DNA of 64,000 nucleotides from Thermoplasmata archaeon (GCA_035626215.1 DASPOD010000020.1:5899-69898); one strand, 5' to 3'. Positions 1 to 8,021 are shown, counted from the first letter of the stretch. The notes: a model not told the origin generated them from the sequence alone. Program-made: numbers and translations.

Positions 1-308
1 GGTTGATGGTAGGCGATCAGCGTGAGCGCGCGGAGGGTGCGGGCTGTCATCTCCACCGGCGTCACCGAATGGACGGTCGGGACGTACTTCTCCTGGAGCT
101 GGAGCGCATAGCGGTCCCCGACCCGCCGGACTTCGAGGGCCGACTGGCGGTTCCCGTACGTCTGCTCGAGTGTGCGGACCGCCCGCTGCACCGGGCGGTA
201 GTCGTCGAGCCCGAGGGCTTCGGCGATCTCCTTGACGGCGAGGGGCTTCCCGCTGGCGAACAGAACGGCTTCGACCTGGAACACCAGATCATCGAGCTTG
301 GACGGCAT
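1..308 (-). CDS. scpB: Segregation and condensation protein B (ScpB), N-terminal part; C-terminus lies beyond the window edge
   Basis: Absent from the ORF track because there is no stop inside the window. My reverse-strand translation from ATG at 308 reads MPSKLDDLVFQVEAVLFASGKPLAVKEIAEALGLDDYRPVQRAVRTLEQTYGNRQSALEVRRVGDRYALQLQEKY. This has the ScpB-type EAxLF-x-G-x-PL wHTH pattern. It lies 28 nt downstream of scpA in smc-scpA-scpB order. Confidence 0.7.
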   Translation of the reverse strand, partial: MPSKLDDLVFQVEAVLFASGKPLAVKEIAEALGLDDYRPVQRAVRTLEQTYGNRQSALEVRRVGDRYALQLQEKYVPTVHSVTPVEMTARTLRALTLIAYHQ

Positions 309-336
309 GGTTCGAACGGACGACCTCCCTTCCTCT

Positions 337-1350
337 CTACTTCCCCACCGCCGGCGTGGGCCGAGCCTCCGCGGTCCGAACGACGAGCACGGGCGAGGCA
401 CCGAGGATCTCCTGCCGGAGCTCCACGGCGCGTTCCCGGGCGAGGAACAGGAGCGCGAGGAAGATCGCGACCAGCCGGTCGCGGCCGGCGAGGGGGTTCC
501 AGAGATTGAGGAGGGGGAACGGTTCGCCGACCGGGTGGTGGAGCGCGGCCGCCCAGGCGTCCTCGAGGTCACGCTCGGGGATTTCCCCATGGACGAGCAC
601 CTCGGGCGGGGCTTGCTGCTCCTCCCGGAGCCGGTCGCGGAGCTCCTCGATGCGGAGCGCGCGCCGCGCGTCGGCCTCGGCGTCCCCGAACGCCCGCACG
701 AGCTCGAGAAGCGAGACCGGACGGGTCTCGGGATGGCGCACCATCTCGAGAAGCGGGGGCGGCTCGGTCGAGCTGAGCACCGAGCTCGTTACGTCGACGG
801 CCTCGGGCGTATCGAGGAGCGGAAGGTAGCCGGAGTCCCCCGAATCGGTGAGCCCCGCGTCCCCTTCGAGCGCGGCGTCGGCGGCCGCGCGCATCTTGAG
901 GATCTCCTCCGACTGGAGGTAGAGGATGTTCCACGCCATGTAGACGAGGCGGCCCGCGATCGCGAAGTTGACGGCGCCGTCCTCACGGACCCGCTCGAGG
1001 TACGCCTCGGTGAACTTCACGAGGTCGATCTCCCACGGGTCGAACTCCTCTTCCATCACGAGCTCGAACAGGAGCGCGATCGCCTTCTGGTACGGGTCCG
1101 GGATAACGATGTGGACCCCTTCCTTCAGGTTCTCCACGAGGGAAAGGTACCGTTCGAGCAGCGGAGTCCCGGACTCGCTCTCGCCGATGAGCGACCGGTG
1201 GAAGACGAGGTAGCGAAGCACTTTCTCCGCGGCCTCCCGGGAGACCGTCACGGCCTCCGCCGTGACGGGGATGGGGACGCTCGCGGCCCCGGTCGACTCG
1301 GCCGGCGCCGGCGGCAGGAGGTCGTTCGCTTCGGTCTCGGAGATCGTCAT
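337..1350 (-). CDS. scpA: Segregation and condensation protein A (ScpA, kleisin)
   Basis: 337-aa ORF. It carries the motif EEFDPWEIDLVKFTEAYLERV typical of ScpA. Its start overlaps the smc stop in an ATGA at 1347-1350. Confidence 0.8.
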   Translation of the reverse strand: MTISETEANDLLPPAPAESTGAASVPIPVTAEAVTVSREAAEKVLRYLVFHRSLIGESESGTPLLERYLSLVENLKEGVHIVIPDPYQKAIALLFELVMEEEFDPWEIDLVKFTEAYLERVREDGAVNFAIAGRLVYMAWNILYLQSEEILKMRAAADAALEGDAGLTDSGDSGYLPLLDTPEAVDVTSSVLSSTEPPPLLEMVRHPETRPVSLLELVRAFGDAEADARRALRIEELRDRLREEQQAPPEVLVHGEIPERDLEDAWAAALHHPVGEPFPLLNLWNPLAGRDRLVAIFLALLFLARERAVELRQEILGASPVLVVRTAEARPTPAVGK

Positions 1351-4300
1351 CGCGCCTCGAGCGGGGCGGCCGCCTCAGGACCGCGGACGTTCTCCCGGTT
1401 CTCCACGTCGTGGATGTCGTCGAGATCGATGCCGACGACGCGGGAGCACCCATCGCCCCGCATCGTGACGCCGAGCAGATGGTGGGCGAACTTGAGGGTC
1501 ACCTTGCGGAGCGAGATGACGATGAACTGGGCCCGTTCGGCGTTGCGCCGGAGCATCCGACCGACGAACTCCGCGTTGAGCCCGTCGAGCGACATGTCGA
1601 CCTCATCGAAGACGTAGAGCGGGCTCGGGTCGTAGCGCTGCATCGAGAAGATGAACGCGAGGCTCGCCAGCGACTTCTCCCCTCCCGAGAGCTGCTCGAG
1701 CCGCGCGACCTGCTTTCCCACCGGCCGGGCTTTGATGAGGAGTCCGCCGGCGAGGGGGTCCTCGGGGTTCTCGAGGGCGATCTCGCCCTCGCCGCCGGCC
1801 GAAAGCTCCCCGTAGATCCCCTTGAAGTGGACGCCGACCTGGGCGACGACCTCGGTGATCTTCTCCCGCTTCTTCTTCTCAATCTCGGCGACGAGCGCGA
1901 GGAGCTCATCCTTCTCGCTGGTGAGGCGCTGGACCTCGGACTGGAAATCGTCGGCGCGCGATTTCTCCTGGTCGTACTCCTCGACCGCGCGTTGATTCAC
2001 GTCCCCCATCGACTGGATCTGCTGCTCGAGGGTGGCGATCTTCCGCTTCAGCTCCTCGACCGAGACCGGCTTTTCGTCCGGCTCGGGCTCGGGGAACTGC
2101 TTCAGCGCTTCGTCGAGCTCCTTGGCACGAGCCTCGGCCTGGGCGAGCCGGGTCTCCTCCTGGGTGAGAAGGCTCTTTCGCGTCTCGAAGTTCGCCTGCG
2201 CCTGCGCGAGCTTCGCCGTCACGGCGAGGCGATCGGAGTCGAGCTGGCGCTTCTTATCGGTCTGGGCCCGGGCGCTCTCGCTCTGCTTCGACTCGACGCT
2301 CTTGAGGGCCTCAAGCGCCGCCCGCGCCTCCTTGAGCTGGCGCTCGGCCTGGGCGATCTCCTTCTTCTTCGTCGCGATCTCCTTCTGCGCCTTTTGGAGG
2401 TCCGCGCGTCGGGTCTCGAGATTGGTGGTGAGGGCCGCCAGCGAGGCGCGCACGCTCTCGAGCTCGCCGTTCGCCTGGACCCGCTCCTCGGCGGTCTTCT
2501 GCGCCGTCTCTTGGAGCGAGCGAAGGTGGGCCGAGACGGCCTCGGGGAGTTGGCTCAGGTACTGCTCCTGGGCCTTCTGCGACTGTTCTTTCAGCGACGC
2601 GATATCGTCCGCGAGCCGGTTCACGTCCGCCTCGGCGGACGCGAGGGCGCCTTCCGCCTTCTTCTGGTCGGCCCTCGCCTGATCGATGCGGGCTCGGGCC
2701 GCGGCCAGCCGTTCGCGGGCCGCGTCGAGATCTTTGTCGTAGGCCGCGCGCGCCGACTGGTGGGCCTGGTCCTGGATCGAGCGAGTGGAAAGTTCCTCGG
2801 CCACCGTGCGGATCCGCTCGCTCACCTTGCCGAGCTCTGCTCGGGCCGCGTTGTCGGCGGCCCCTTTCTCCCGGAGTTCGTCCCCGAGCCGCTTCAACTC
2901 GACCGCCGAGTCGCTGCCGCGCCCCTGGCTGGTCGGATCGACGTAGCCCCCCGAGATCGCGCCGGTCGCCTCGATCAGGTCCCCCGTGAGGGTGACCAAG
3001 CGAACGCCGCCCATTTGGGCGCGCGCTCGGGCGAGGTCCTCCATCACGACGGTCTCTCCGAAGACGTACCAGAAGGCGGGTCGGAGCGACTCGTCGAACT
3101 TCACGAGGTCGATCGCGAAGCCGGTGGCCCCGGACGCCTTCGCGACGACCAGCGACTTGCCGTGCGGACGGCCGGGCAGCATCTTGTTGAGGGGGAGGAA
3201 CGTCGCCCGGCCTCGCTTCTCCTCGCGCAGGAGCTTGATGCACTCCTCAGCGACCTGGTCGCTCTCGACGACGAGCGCTTGGAACCGACTCCCACCCGCG
3301 ATCTGGAGAGCGGTCTTGAGCTTCGGATCGAAGTCGGCGAGCTCCTCTACGGTACCGCGAATCCCTTGGACCTTGCCGAGGTTCCGCTGGGACAGGAGGT
3401 AGTCGACCGCGGCGAGGGCCGTCGGCCGCGCACCACTCTCGGCCCGTGCCTTCAGCCGGGCGTCGAGCGCGAGATACCGTCGGTTCAGCTCGGCGACCTC
3501 TTGGGCCAGGCGTTCGGCCTCGGCAGTGAGGCTCTTCTCTTTGTTCTTGAGGGAGAACAGCTCCTTCTGGAGGTCGCCGGTGGAGGGTCCCGAGCCGTTC
3601 TTCCCCGGGCTCGTCTCCTTGATCCGGAGCTCGAGGTCTTTCACCTCGACCTCGCGCTCCCGTAGGTCGTCCTCGGCCTGAGCCTCGGTGACCTCCGAGG
3701 TGTGGAGGGTGGCGCTCGAGGTTTCGCGGGCCTGGACCGCTTCCGCCCAGGCCTCCTGCTTCGCTTCCGTCTGTCGGGCGAGCTCGAGCTGATGCTTGCG
3801 GGCCTCGGCAAGCTTGTCCTGCCCCTTGCCCCGGGCCTTCCCCGGGGCCCCCGTCGCCGCCTGGATCTCTTTCGCATTCTCCTCGGCGGACTTCTCGAGG
3901 GCAGCGAGGCGCTCTGCCAGCTTCGCCTCCTGCGATTTAAGGGTCGATTCCTGGCCCTGGTCCGCCTTGATGGCCTTCAGGAGCTCATCGGCTTGAGTGG
4001 CGGTCGCTTCGAGTGCCTCGCGGAGATGCCCTAGGCTCTGGTCGAGCCGGGCGTAGGCCATCTTCTTCTCGTCGACCTCTTGCTTGAACTTGACGGCGGC
4101 TTCCCCGCCCGCTTCGGCGATCTCGCGATCGAGGGCGTCGACCTGACGGGCGAGCTCCTCCTGTTGGGCGGAGAGGGCGGTCCGGGCTTTATCGAGCTCG
4201 TCGATGTCCGCTCGGACCCGCTCCACCTGCTTCCGGCAGGTCGAGAGCTCGTGCTCGGCGAGTCGATAGCCGGCCCGGGCGAGCCGGGCCTCCGAGTGCC

Positions 4301-4985
4301 GCTTGTCGTCCTGGAGCTGTTTGTACTGGATCGCCAGCAGCCGCTGCCCCTCGAGTCCCGTCAAGCGGGTCTTGATGTCAGTGAGGAGGGTCTGGATCCG
4401 GTCGAGGTTGCCGTCGAGGTCGGTGCGCTTCGTCGCGGCGCGCTCGAGTTCTTCGTCGAACTGGCTGATCCCCGCCAGGCGCTCAACGAGGCCCCGACGG
4501 GGAATCGGCCCCATCGTGACGATCTTGTTGATGTCGCCCTGCTGGACCAGATTGTACCCGTCTCCCGACAGTCGGGCGTGGGAGAGCAGGGAGTCAATCT
4601 CGGTCTGGGTCGTCCGCTTGCCGTTGACGTAGAAGTACGAGTAGTAGCCGTCCGGGTCGCTCGGAGCGAGCTTCACGTACCGGGTGATCTCGACCTCGCC
4701 GGTGTCGACCGGCAGAAGCTTGTCTGCGTTGTCGAAGACGAGGGAGACCTCGCATTCGGTGGCCGGTTTCTTCGAAGCGCCGCCATTGAAGAAGAGGTGT
4801 GTGAGCCGCTCGGCGCGAAGCGCCTTCGAGCTGGTCGGGCCGAGGACGAAAAGGATGGCGTCCGAGATGTTCGACTTCCCCATGCCGTTCGGTCCGGCTA
4901 CCCCGGTGAACCCCGGCTGGAACGGAATCTCGGTCGCGCCCGCGAACGACTTGAAGTTTCTCAGCTTGACTCGCTTCAGGTGCAT
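1347..4985 (-). CDS. smc: Chromosome segregation ATPase SMC
   Basis: 1212 aa. N-terminal Walker A FTGVAGPNGMGKSNISDAILFVLG, long coiled-coil region rich in E/K/R/A/L, C-terminal signature LSGGEKSLASLAFIFSMQ and Walker B LYVFDEVD. Confidence 0.97.
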   Translation of the reverse strand: MHLKRVKLRNFKSFAGATEIPFQPGFTGVAGPNGMGKSNISDAILFVLGPTSSKALRAERLTHLFFNGGASKKPATECEVSLVFDNADKLLPVDTGEVEITRYVKLAPSDPDGYYSYFYVNGKRTTQTEIDSLLSHARLSGDGYNLVQQGDINKIVTMGPIPRRGLVERLAGISQFDEELERAATKRTDLDGNLDRIQTLLTDIKTRLTGLEGQRLLAIQYKQLQDDKRHSEARLARAGYRLAEHELSTCRKQVERVRADIDELDKARTALSAQQEELARQVDALDREIAEAGGEAAVKFKQEVDEKKMAYARLDQSLGHLREALEATATQADELLKAIKADQGQESTLKSQEAKLAERLAALEKSAEENAKEIQAATGAPGKARGKGQDKLAEARKHQLELARQTEAKQEAWAEAVQARETSSATLHTSEVTEAQAEDDLREREVEVKDLELRIKETSPGKNGSGPSTGDLQKELFSLKNKEKSLTAEAERLAQEVAELNRRYLALDARLKARAESGARPTALAAVDYLLSQRNLGKVQGIRGTVEELADFDPKLKTALQIAGGSRFQALVVESDQVAEECIKLLREEKRGRATFLPLNKMLPGRPHGKSLVVAKASGATGFAIDLVKFDESLRPAFWYVFGETVVMEDLARARAQMGGVRLVTLTGDLIEATGAISGGYVDPTSQGRGSDSAVELKRLGDELREKGAADNAARAELGKVSERIRTVAEELSTRSIQDQAHQSARAAYDKDLDAARERLAAARARIDQARADQKKAEGALASAEADVNRLADDIASLKEQSQKAQEQYLSQLPEAVSAHLRSLQETAQKTAEERVQANGELESVRASLAALTTNLETRRADLQKAQKEIATKKKEIAQAERQLKEARAALEALKSVESKQSESARAQTDKKRQLDSDRLAVTAKLAQAQANFETRKSLLTQEETRLAQAEARAKELDEALKQFPEPEPDEKPVSVEELKRKIATLEQQIQSMGDVNQRAVEEYDQEKSRADDFQSEVQRLTSEKDELLALVAEIEKKKREKITEVVAQVGVHFKGIYGELSAGGEGEIALENPEDPLAGGLLIKARPVGKQVARLEQLSGGEKSLASLAFIFSMQRYDPSPLYVFDEVDMSLDGLNAEFVGRMLRRNAERAQFIVISLRKVTLKFAHHLLGVTMRGDGCSRVVGIDLDDIHDVENRENVRGPEAAAPLEAR

Positions 4986-5084
4986 CGGGCGATTCCTCCG
5001 ATCCCTCGACCTGCTGCCACCGACGCCGGAACACGCCCGTTTGTCGGACGGTTGTCAGCAGCGCTTCCCGAGCCCCGTCTGCCG

Positions 5085-5091
5085 TATTTAA
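5085..5091. promoter_or_regulatory. A/T-rich TATA-like box (TATTTAA / TTAAATA) in the smc upstream region, 7 nt from the left direct repeat of the insertion
   Basis: The only A/T-rich heptamer between the smc ATG (4985) and the insertion boundary. It is about 100 nt from the smc start, so assignment to smc is uncertain. Confidence 0.3.
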
Positions 5092-5097
5092 CCATTG

Positions 5098-5114
5098 GCT
5101 TGCTCGGGTACTGT
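5098..5114. repeat. Left copy of a 17-nt exact direct repeat GCTTGCTCGGGTACTGT
   Basis: Identical 17-mer at 7101-7117, read directly from the sequence. Confidence 0.85.
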
Positions 5115-5131
5115 CCAGCCATCGGGTGACG
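5111..5131. repeat. Left terminal inverted repeat CTGTCCAGCCATCGGGTGACG
   Basis: Aligns with the reverse complement of 7077-7096 (CTGTCCGGACTCGGGTGATG): 17 matches over 20 aligned columns plus one 1-nt gap. Confidence 0.5.
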
Positions 5132-5186
5132 GCTCATATCGGAAGAAGGGTGTCTAACGTCGGGAGATGCTGAAACCGACGCCCAA

Positions 5187-5408
5187 ATGAAACGACAAAC
5201 GAGGCGGGATGTCTTGGTGGGGATTGATGCGACCGCGGGCATCCTTCTTGGGGTCCTTGAGTTCTGTCTGTTGACTACCGGACGGGACCGCTTCGACGGC
5301 GCCCCAGAGTGGCTGGTGGCTCTCGCGGGCTGGCTGTTTTTCATGGCGTTAGTGATTGTCATCAGCCGCGCGCTCCTCCCCACTCCACCTTCGGACCAAG
5401 TGAGCTAA
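5187..5408 (+). CDS. Hypothetical small membrane protein (73 aa, two hydrophobic segments) inside the insertion
   Basis: ATG start and two TM-like stretches (ATAGILLGVLEFCLL; LVALAGWLFFMALVIVI). It overlaps the 3' end of the opposite-strand ORF 5349-5582, so at most one of the two may be full length. Confidence 0.3.
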   Translation: MKRQTRRDVLVGIDATAGILLGVLEFCLLTTGRDRFDGAPEWLVALAGWLFFMALVIVISRALLPTPPSDQVS

Positions 5409-5582
5409 CCGAAAGGCAACCAACCCATACGCCAGAGTTAGGACGACCACAACTGGCAACACGACCCACCAAACCAGAAGGCCGAGGACAAACAGGATAG
5501 CAGCCGCCCCGAACCCGATTCCGGAACCCAGACCGATCCGCAGGCACGACCCCGACCAAGAGTCGTGAACGAAAGCGGTCAC
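5349..5582 (-). CDS. Hypothetical small membrane protein (77 aa from GTG at 5582) just downstream of the transposase
   Basis: Strongly hydrophobic hairpin GIGFGAAAILFVLGLLVWWVVLPVVVVLTLAYGLVAF. The GTG lies 17 nt after the transposase stop. The longer track ORF (to 5669) would overlap the transposase. Confidence 0.3.
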   Translation of the reverse strand: MTAFVHDSWSGSCLRIGLGSGIGFGAAAILFVLGLLVWWVVLPVVVVLTLAYGLVAFRLAHLVRRWSGEERAADDNH

Positions 5583-5598
5583 CACAAACCGTCCAGCG

Positions 5599-6756
5599 CT
5601 AATTCGGAACGATTTCGATTTCAGGATAACCGGCCTTGGGCTGAGGTGCGGCCCGCTTGAGGAGTTCATGCCAGCGGAACCCCCCGAGGGGTGCGAGCCC
5701 TGCCGCGGCCGCCGGCGTCATCCCGAGCGTTTGGTGGTCCCGCACGAGGTTGTAGTGCGCCCGGAAGCCCTCCATGAGGGCCGCCGTGCCCCGGTCGTTG
5801 TCGAAGCCGCGCATCACCTTCGTCCGCTCCTTCTCGGTCCCGTGGAGCCGCTCCACGAGGTTGTTCGACTCGGCTGCCCGGATGGATGGGACTCGGCGGT
5901 GCGGGCTCACGACTTGGAACCCGGCCCGGTACGAGAGTTCCCTTCGGACCGCTTGCGGGTAGGCGTTCATCCCGTCGGAGAAGACCTCCATCGGCCGGTC
6001 GGGAGTGACCGCCTTGGCCTTTCGAATCGGGGCGCGAGTGTCGCTCAGGCCCCGTCCCTGGCTTACATGCGTGGCGAGCAGGAACCGGGTGTCGTGGTCG
6101 AGGACATTCCACAGATAGCGCGGCTCGCCGTTGACGTTCACCACCGTTTCGTCGATGTGCCACCGCTCCCCGGTCCGCGCGCCCTGCCGGTCCATCCACT
6201 CGGCCGCGAGCTTGCCGAAATGCGCGACCCAGTTGTACACCGTTCCGTGGCTTACCTTGAGCGAGTGAACCTGAGCGAAATGCTCCGCGACCTTGCGGAC
6301 GCTCATACCCCGGAAGTAGAGGTCGAGCGCGAGCGCGATCTTCTCCGGGTCCGAGCGACGGTGCTGGAAGCCATCTCGGCCCGTGAACCGGTAACCGCAT
6401 GAGCGGCAGAGGTACCGCGTGATGGTCCCGCTCTTGTTGTGCCTCTTGCCATCCTGAACGACCTTGCCGGACTGACACCGGGCGCACGCAAGGAGCAGGG
6501 CCGGCGGCGCGACGGTATCCGCCCTGAACCCTTCTCGGAATCGCACCGCAAAGATGTGAATGCAGGAGATTCCGGTCTCGCCATAGAACTGGCACTCGCA
6601 CGACCACCGGTCCCGCACGACCCGAACTCTGTACTCCGTCCCGAGACGGCTTTGAGAGCGCACGACGTACTCCGTCGGGGAAACCGTTTGGATTTGGTCT
6701 CCGCGTGCTACAATCGCAAGGGCCGGGGTCCGCATGTCGCTCCACATCGCCGTCAT
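5599..6756 (-). CDS. IS6-family-like DDE transposase with N-terminal SWIM-type and C4 zinc fingers
   Basis: 385 aa. DDE triad context WHIDETVVNVNG / RYLWNVLDHDTRFLL / VFSDGMNAYPQA / SNNLVERLHGTEKER matches the IS6/IS26-type pattern. N-terminal CECQFYGETGISCIH (CxCx9CxH) and CARC...CRSC. Confidence 0.9.
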   Translation of the reverse strand: MTAMWSDMRTPALAIVARGDQIQTVSPTEYVVRSQSRLGTEYRVRVVRDRWSCECQFYGETGISCIHIFAVRFREGFRADTVAPPALLLACARCQSGKVVQDGKRHNKSGTITRYLCRSCGYRFTGRDGFQHRRSDPEKIALALDLYFRGMSVRKVAEHFAQVHSLKVSHGTVYNWVAHFGKLAAEWMDRQGARTGERWHIDETVVNVNGEPRYLWNVLDHDTRFLLATHVSQGRGLSDTRAPIRKAKAVTPDRPMEVFSDGMNAYPQAVRRELSYRAGFQVVSPHRRVPSIRAAESNNLVERLHGTEKERTKVMRGFDNDRGTAALMEGFRAHYNLVRDHQTLGMTPAAAAGLAPLGGFRWHELLKRAAPQPKAGYPEIEIVPN

Positions 6757-6768
6757 CGATAATGGATA

Positions 6769-6804
6769 TATCTCCGGAGATACTTAAGACCTCCGTATCT
6801 CCGC
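6769..6804. promoter_or_regulatory. Operator-like repeats in the divergent transposase / AbrB-like intergenic region
   Basis: Perfect 14-bp palindrome TATCTCCGGAGATA at 6769-6782, plus a third half-site TATCTCCG at 6797-6804. Flanked by A/T-rich boxes ATATAT (6765-6771) and ATATATA (6830-6836). Confidence 0.35.
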
Positions 6805-6823
6805 TGATACATCGGCAAGGGCG

Positions 6824-7066
6824 ATGAGCATATATACTGAGATAACCATGACCCTTTTGAGGTCCATGCCGAAGTGGAAGGAAGACGCCAAGCAGTTCAC
6901 GGTAGGGGTCAACTACAGCGCCGTCCGAGGATACCAAGCGACCATCCCGAAGCCCGTCATGGCTCGGCTCGGAAACCCGGACCGGCTGACCTTCGAGGTC
7001 AAGCGTGCGAAGGTCGAAGTGCGTGCGGGGGAGAAGGCATCTCCCGAGGTTAGACGAGGAGGTTAG
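6824..7066 (+). CDS. Small AbrB/SpoVT-like DNA-binding protein (maximal ORF; a likely start is the ATG at 6866)
   Basis: YQATIPKPVMARLGNPDRLTFEVKRAKVEVR resembles the looped-hinge-helix consensus (xxIPkxirxxlglxxGdxlefev). The TATA-like ATATATA at 6830-6836 favours the ATG at 6866, about 33 nt downstream. Confidence 0.45.
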   Translation: MSIYTEITMTLLRSMPKWKEDAKQFTVGVNYSAVRGYQATIPKPVMARLGNPDRLTFEVKRAKVEVRAGEKASPEVRRGG

Positions 7067-7076
7067 GTCAGTCATT

Positions 7077-7096
7077 CATCACCCGAGTCCGGACAG
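7077..7096. repeat. Right terminal inverted repeat (plus strand CATCACCCGAGTCCGGACAG)
   Basis: Reverse complement pairs with 5111-5131 (see that entry). Confidence 0.5.
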
Positions 7097-7100
7097 AACC

Positions 7101-7117
7101 GCTTGCTCGGGTACTGT
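7101..7117. repeat. Right copy of the 17-nt direct repeat GCTTGCTCGGGTACTGT
   Basis: Identical to 5098-5114. Confidence 0.85.
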
Positions 7118-7238
7118 TCGGGAGAACAGGGTCCTCCATCGTCGTCTCCAGCAAGCTGTTCGCGCCCGGACCGCGGATGTCGAGAAGCCGGGATGCTCCC
7201 CGAGACACGTTCGTGCTTTCGGCAGGTCTATATTGGTG

Positions 7239-7754
7239 ATGCGGGTCGGATTCTCCGCGATGCGAATCGAGTCGCTGATCGTCGGAGTCTTGGTCCTTGG
7301 ATTCGGAATCTTGCTCGTCACTACGAACGGTGTCGTGGCCGGGGTCAACCTGCCGGGCGTGATCGGATACCCCTCGTGCTCCGCCAAGACCTCCTCCAAC
7401 ACCACATCTCCTCAGTGCTACGGCCTCGCGGGATTCGGGGTGGGCACCATCGTCTGCTTGTTCGGACTCGGAATCGTAGCGAACGGGCTGAGATCACCGG
7501 GGAGGCCGAAAGGATACGGCCAAGGATCCTCCGGGATGTCGCCAGAAATGGCTGCCACCTTAGCCCAAGCTCAGCAAAGCATGGCCGCGATGACCGCACG
7601 CGGTGCCGTGCCCGGCAGCCGGTACTGCGCCGAGTGCGGGCGGCCGAACGCGGCGGATGCCAAGTTCTGCCAGGGTTGCGGCCGCACCATGCCTCCGCCC
7701 CAGGGCCCCGCACCACCGCCGACCGGGGAAACAGGTAACGCCCCGGGAAGCTAG
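7239..7754 (+). CDS. Membrane protein with C-terminal double-CxxC zinc ribbon
   Basis: From ATG at 7239 (alternative 7260). Two TM segments (IESLIVGVLVLGFGILLV; LAGFGVGTIVCLFGLGIV), then YCAECGRPNAADAKFCQGCG and a Pro-rich tail. The upstream part of the track ORF (from 7005) is R-rich and overlaps the AbrB-like gene. Confidence 0.6.
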   Translation: MRVGFSAMRIESLIVGVLVLGFGILLVTTNGVVAGVNLPGVIGYPSCSAKTSSNTTSPQCYGLAGFGVGTIVCLFGLGIVANGLRSPGRPKGYGQGSSGMSPEMAATLAQAQQSMAAMTARGAVPGSRYCAECGRPNAADAKFCQGCGRTMPPPQGPAPPPTGETGNAPGS

Positions 7755-7806
7755 CCGGACCGGATTCCCGGCGAGTCTGCCGGTAAGCCACCGCGCGAGC
7801 GACCCC

Positions 7807-7874
7807 ATCGCAACCACCGTTCTCGTTGCAACGCGGTGGCGATAGGCGGAATCGCGATGCCTATCTGAATTCAG
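7807..7874. other. Cluster of nested dyad symmetries in a 267-nt intergenic region
   Basis: Stem CCACCG (7814-7819) with CGGTGG (7834-7839), whose loop contains the palindrome CGTTGCAACG (7824-7833). Stem GATAGGC (7841-7847) with GCCTATC (7859-7865), whose loop contains ATCGCGAT (7851-7858). Then the palindrome CTGAATTCAG (7865-7874). Confidence 0.4.
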
Positions 7875-8021
7875 GCCGGAATTCGCTGTACGGGATGCCG
7901 CCCGATTCCACGACGGAGCCGGGTTGGACCCCACTCGTGGTTGACCGAGACGGGGTCTACCACACCCCCGAACTCGTCAACGCTTTGTACCGAGCCAATG
8001 GTTCCCAGAAATACCTCTTCC

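Larger units (their letters stand above)
5098..7117 (-). mobile_element. About 2.0-kb insertion with an IS6-like transposase plus passenger ORFs, bounded by direct and inverted repeats
   Basis: Direct repeat at 5098-5114 and 7101-7117. Imperfect inverted repeats at 5111-5131 and 7077-7096. Locally lower G+C, especially at 5085-5200 and 6760-6900. A DDE transposase lies inside. Confidence 0.6.

Noticed and set aside
62-292. 76-aa minus-strand track ORF at the left edge.
   Set aside because: It is out of frame with the ScpB reading frame that I translated by hand (ATG at 308), and its sequence is S/R/P-rich. ScpB explains this region.
1410-3665. 751-aa ORF on the plus strand antisense to smc. 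Similar long antisense ORFs occur at 4080-5129, 28820-29980, 32860-34794, 35973-36953, 51143-52795, 56798-58444, 24461-25918 and 15004-16254.
   Set aside because: They overlap genes with unambiguous homology on the other strand. Their products are R/G/P/L/E-rich and low in complexity, with no motifs. Stop-free antisense frames are expected in DNA this G+C-rich.
5666-7075. 469-aa minus-strand ORF spanning the transposase region in another frame.
   Set aside because: R/P/G-rich with no motif. It overlaps the clearly real DDE transposase frame and the AbrB-like gene.
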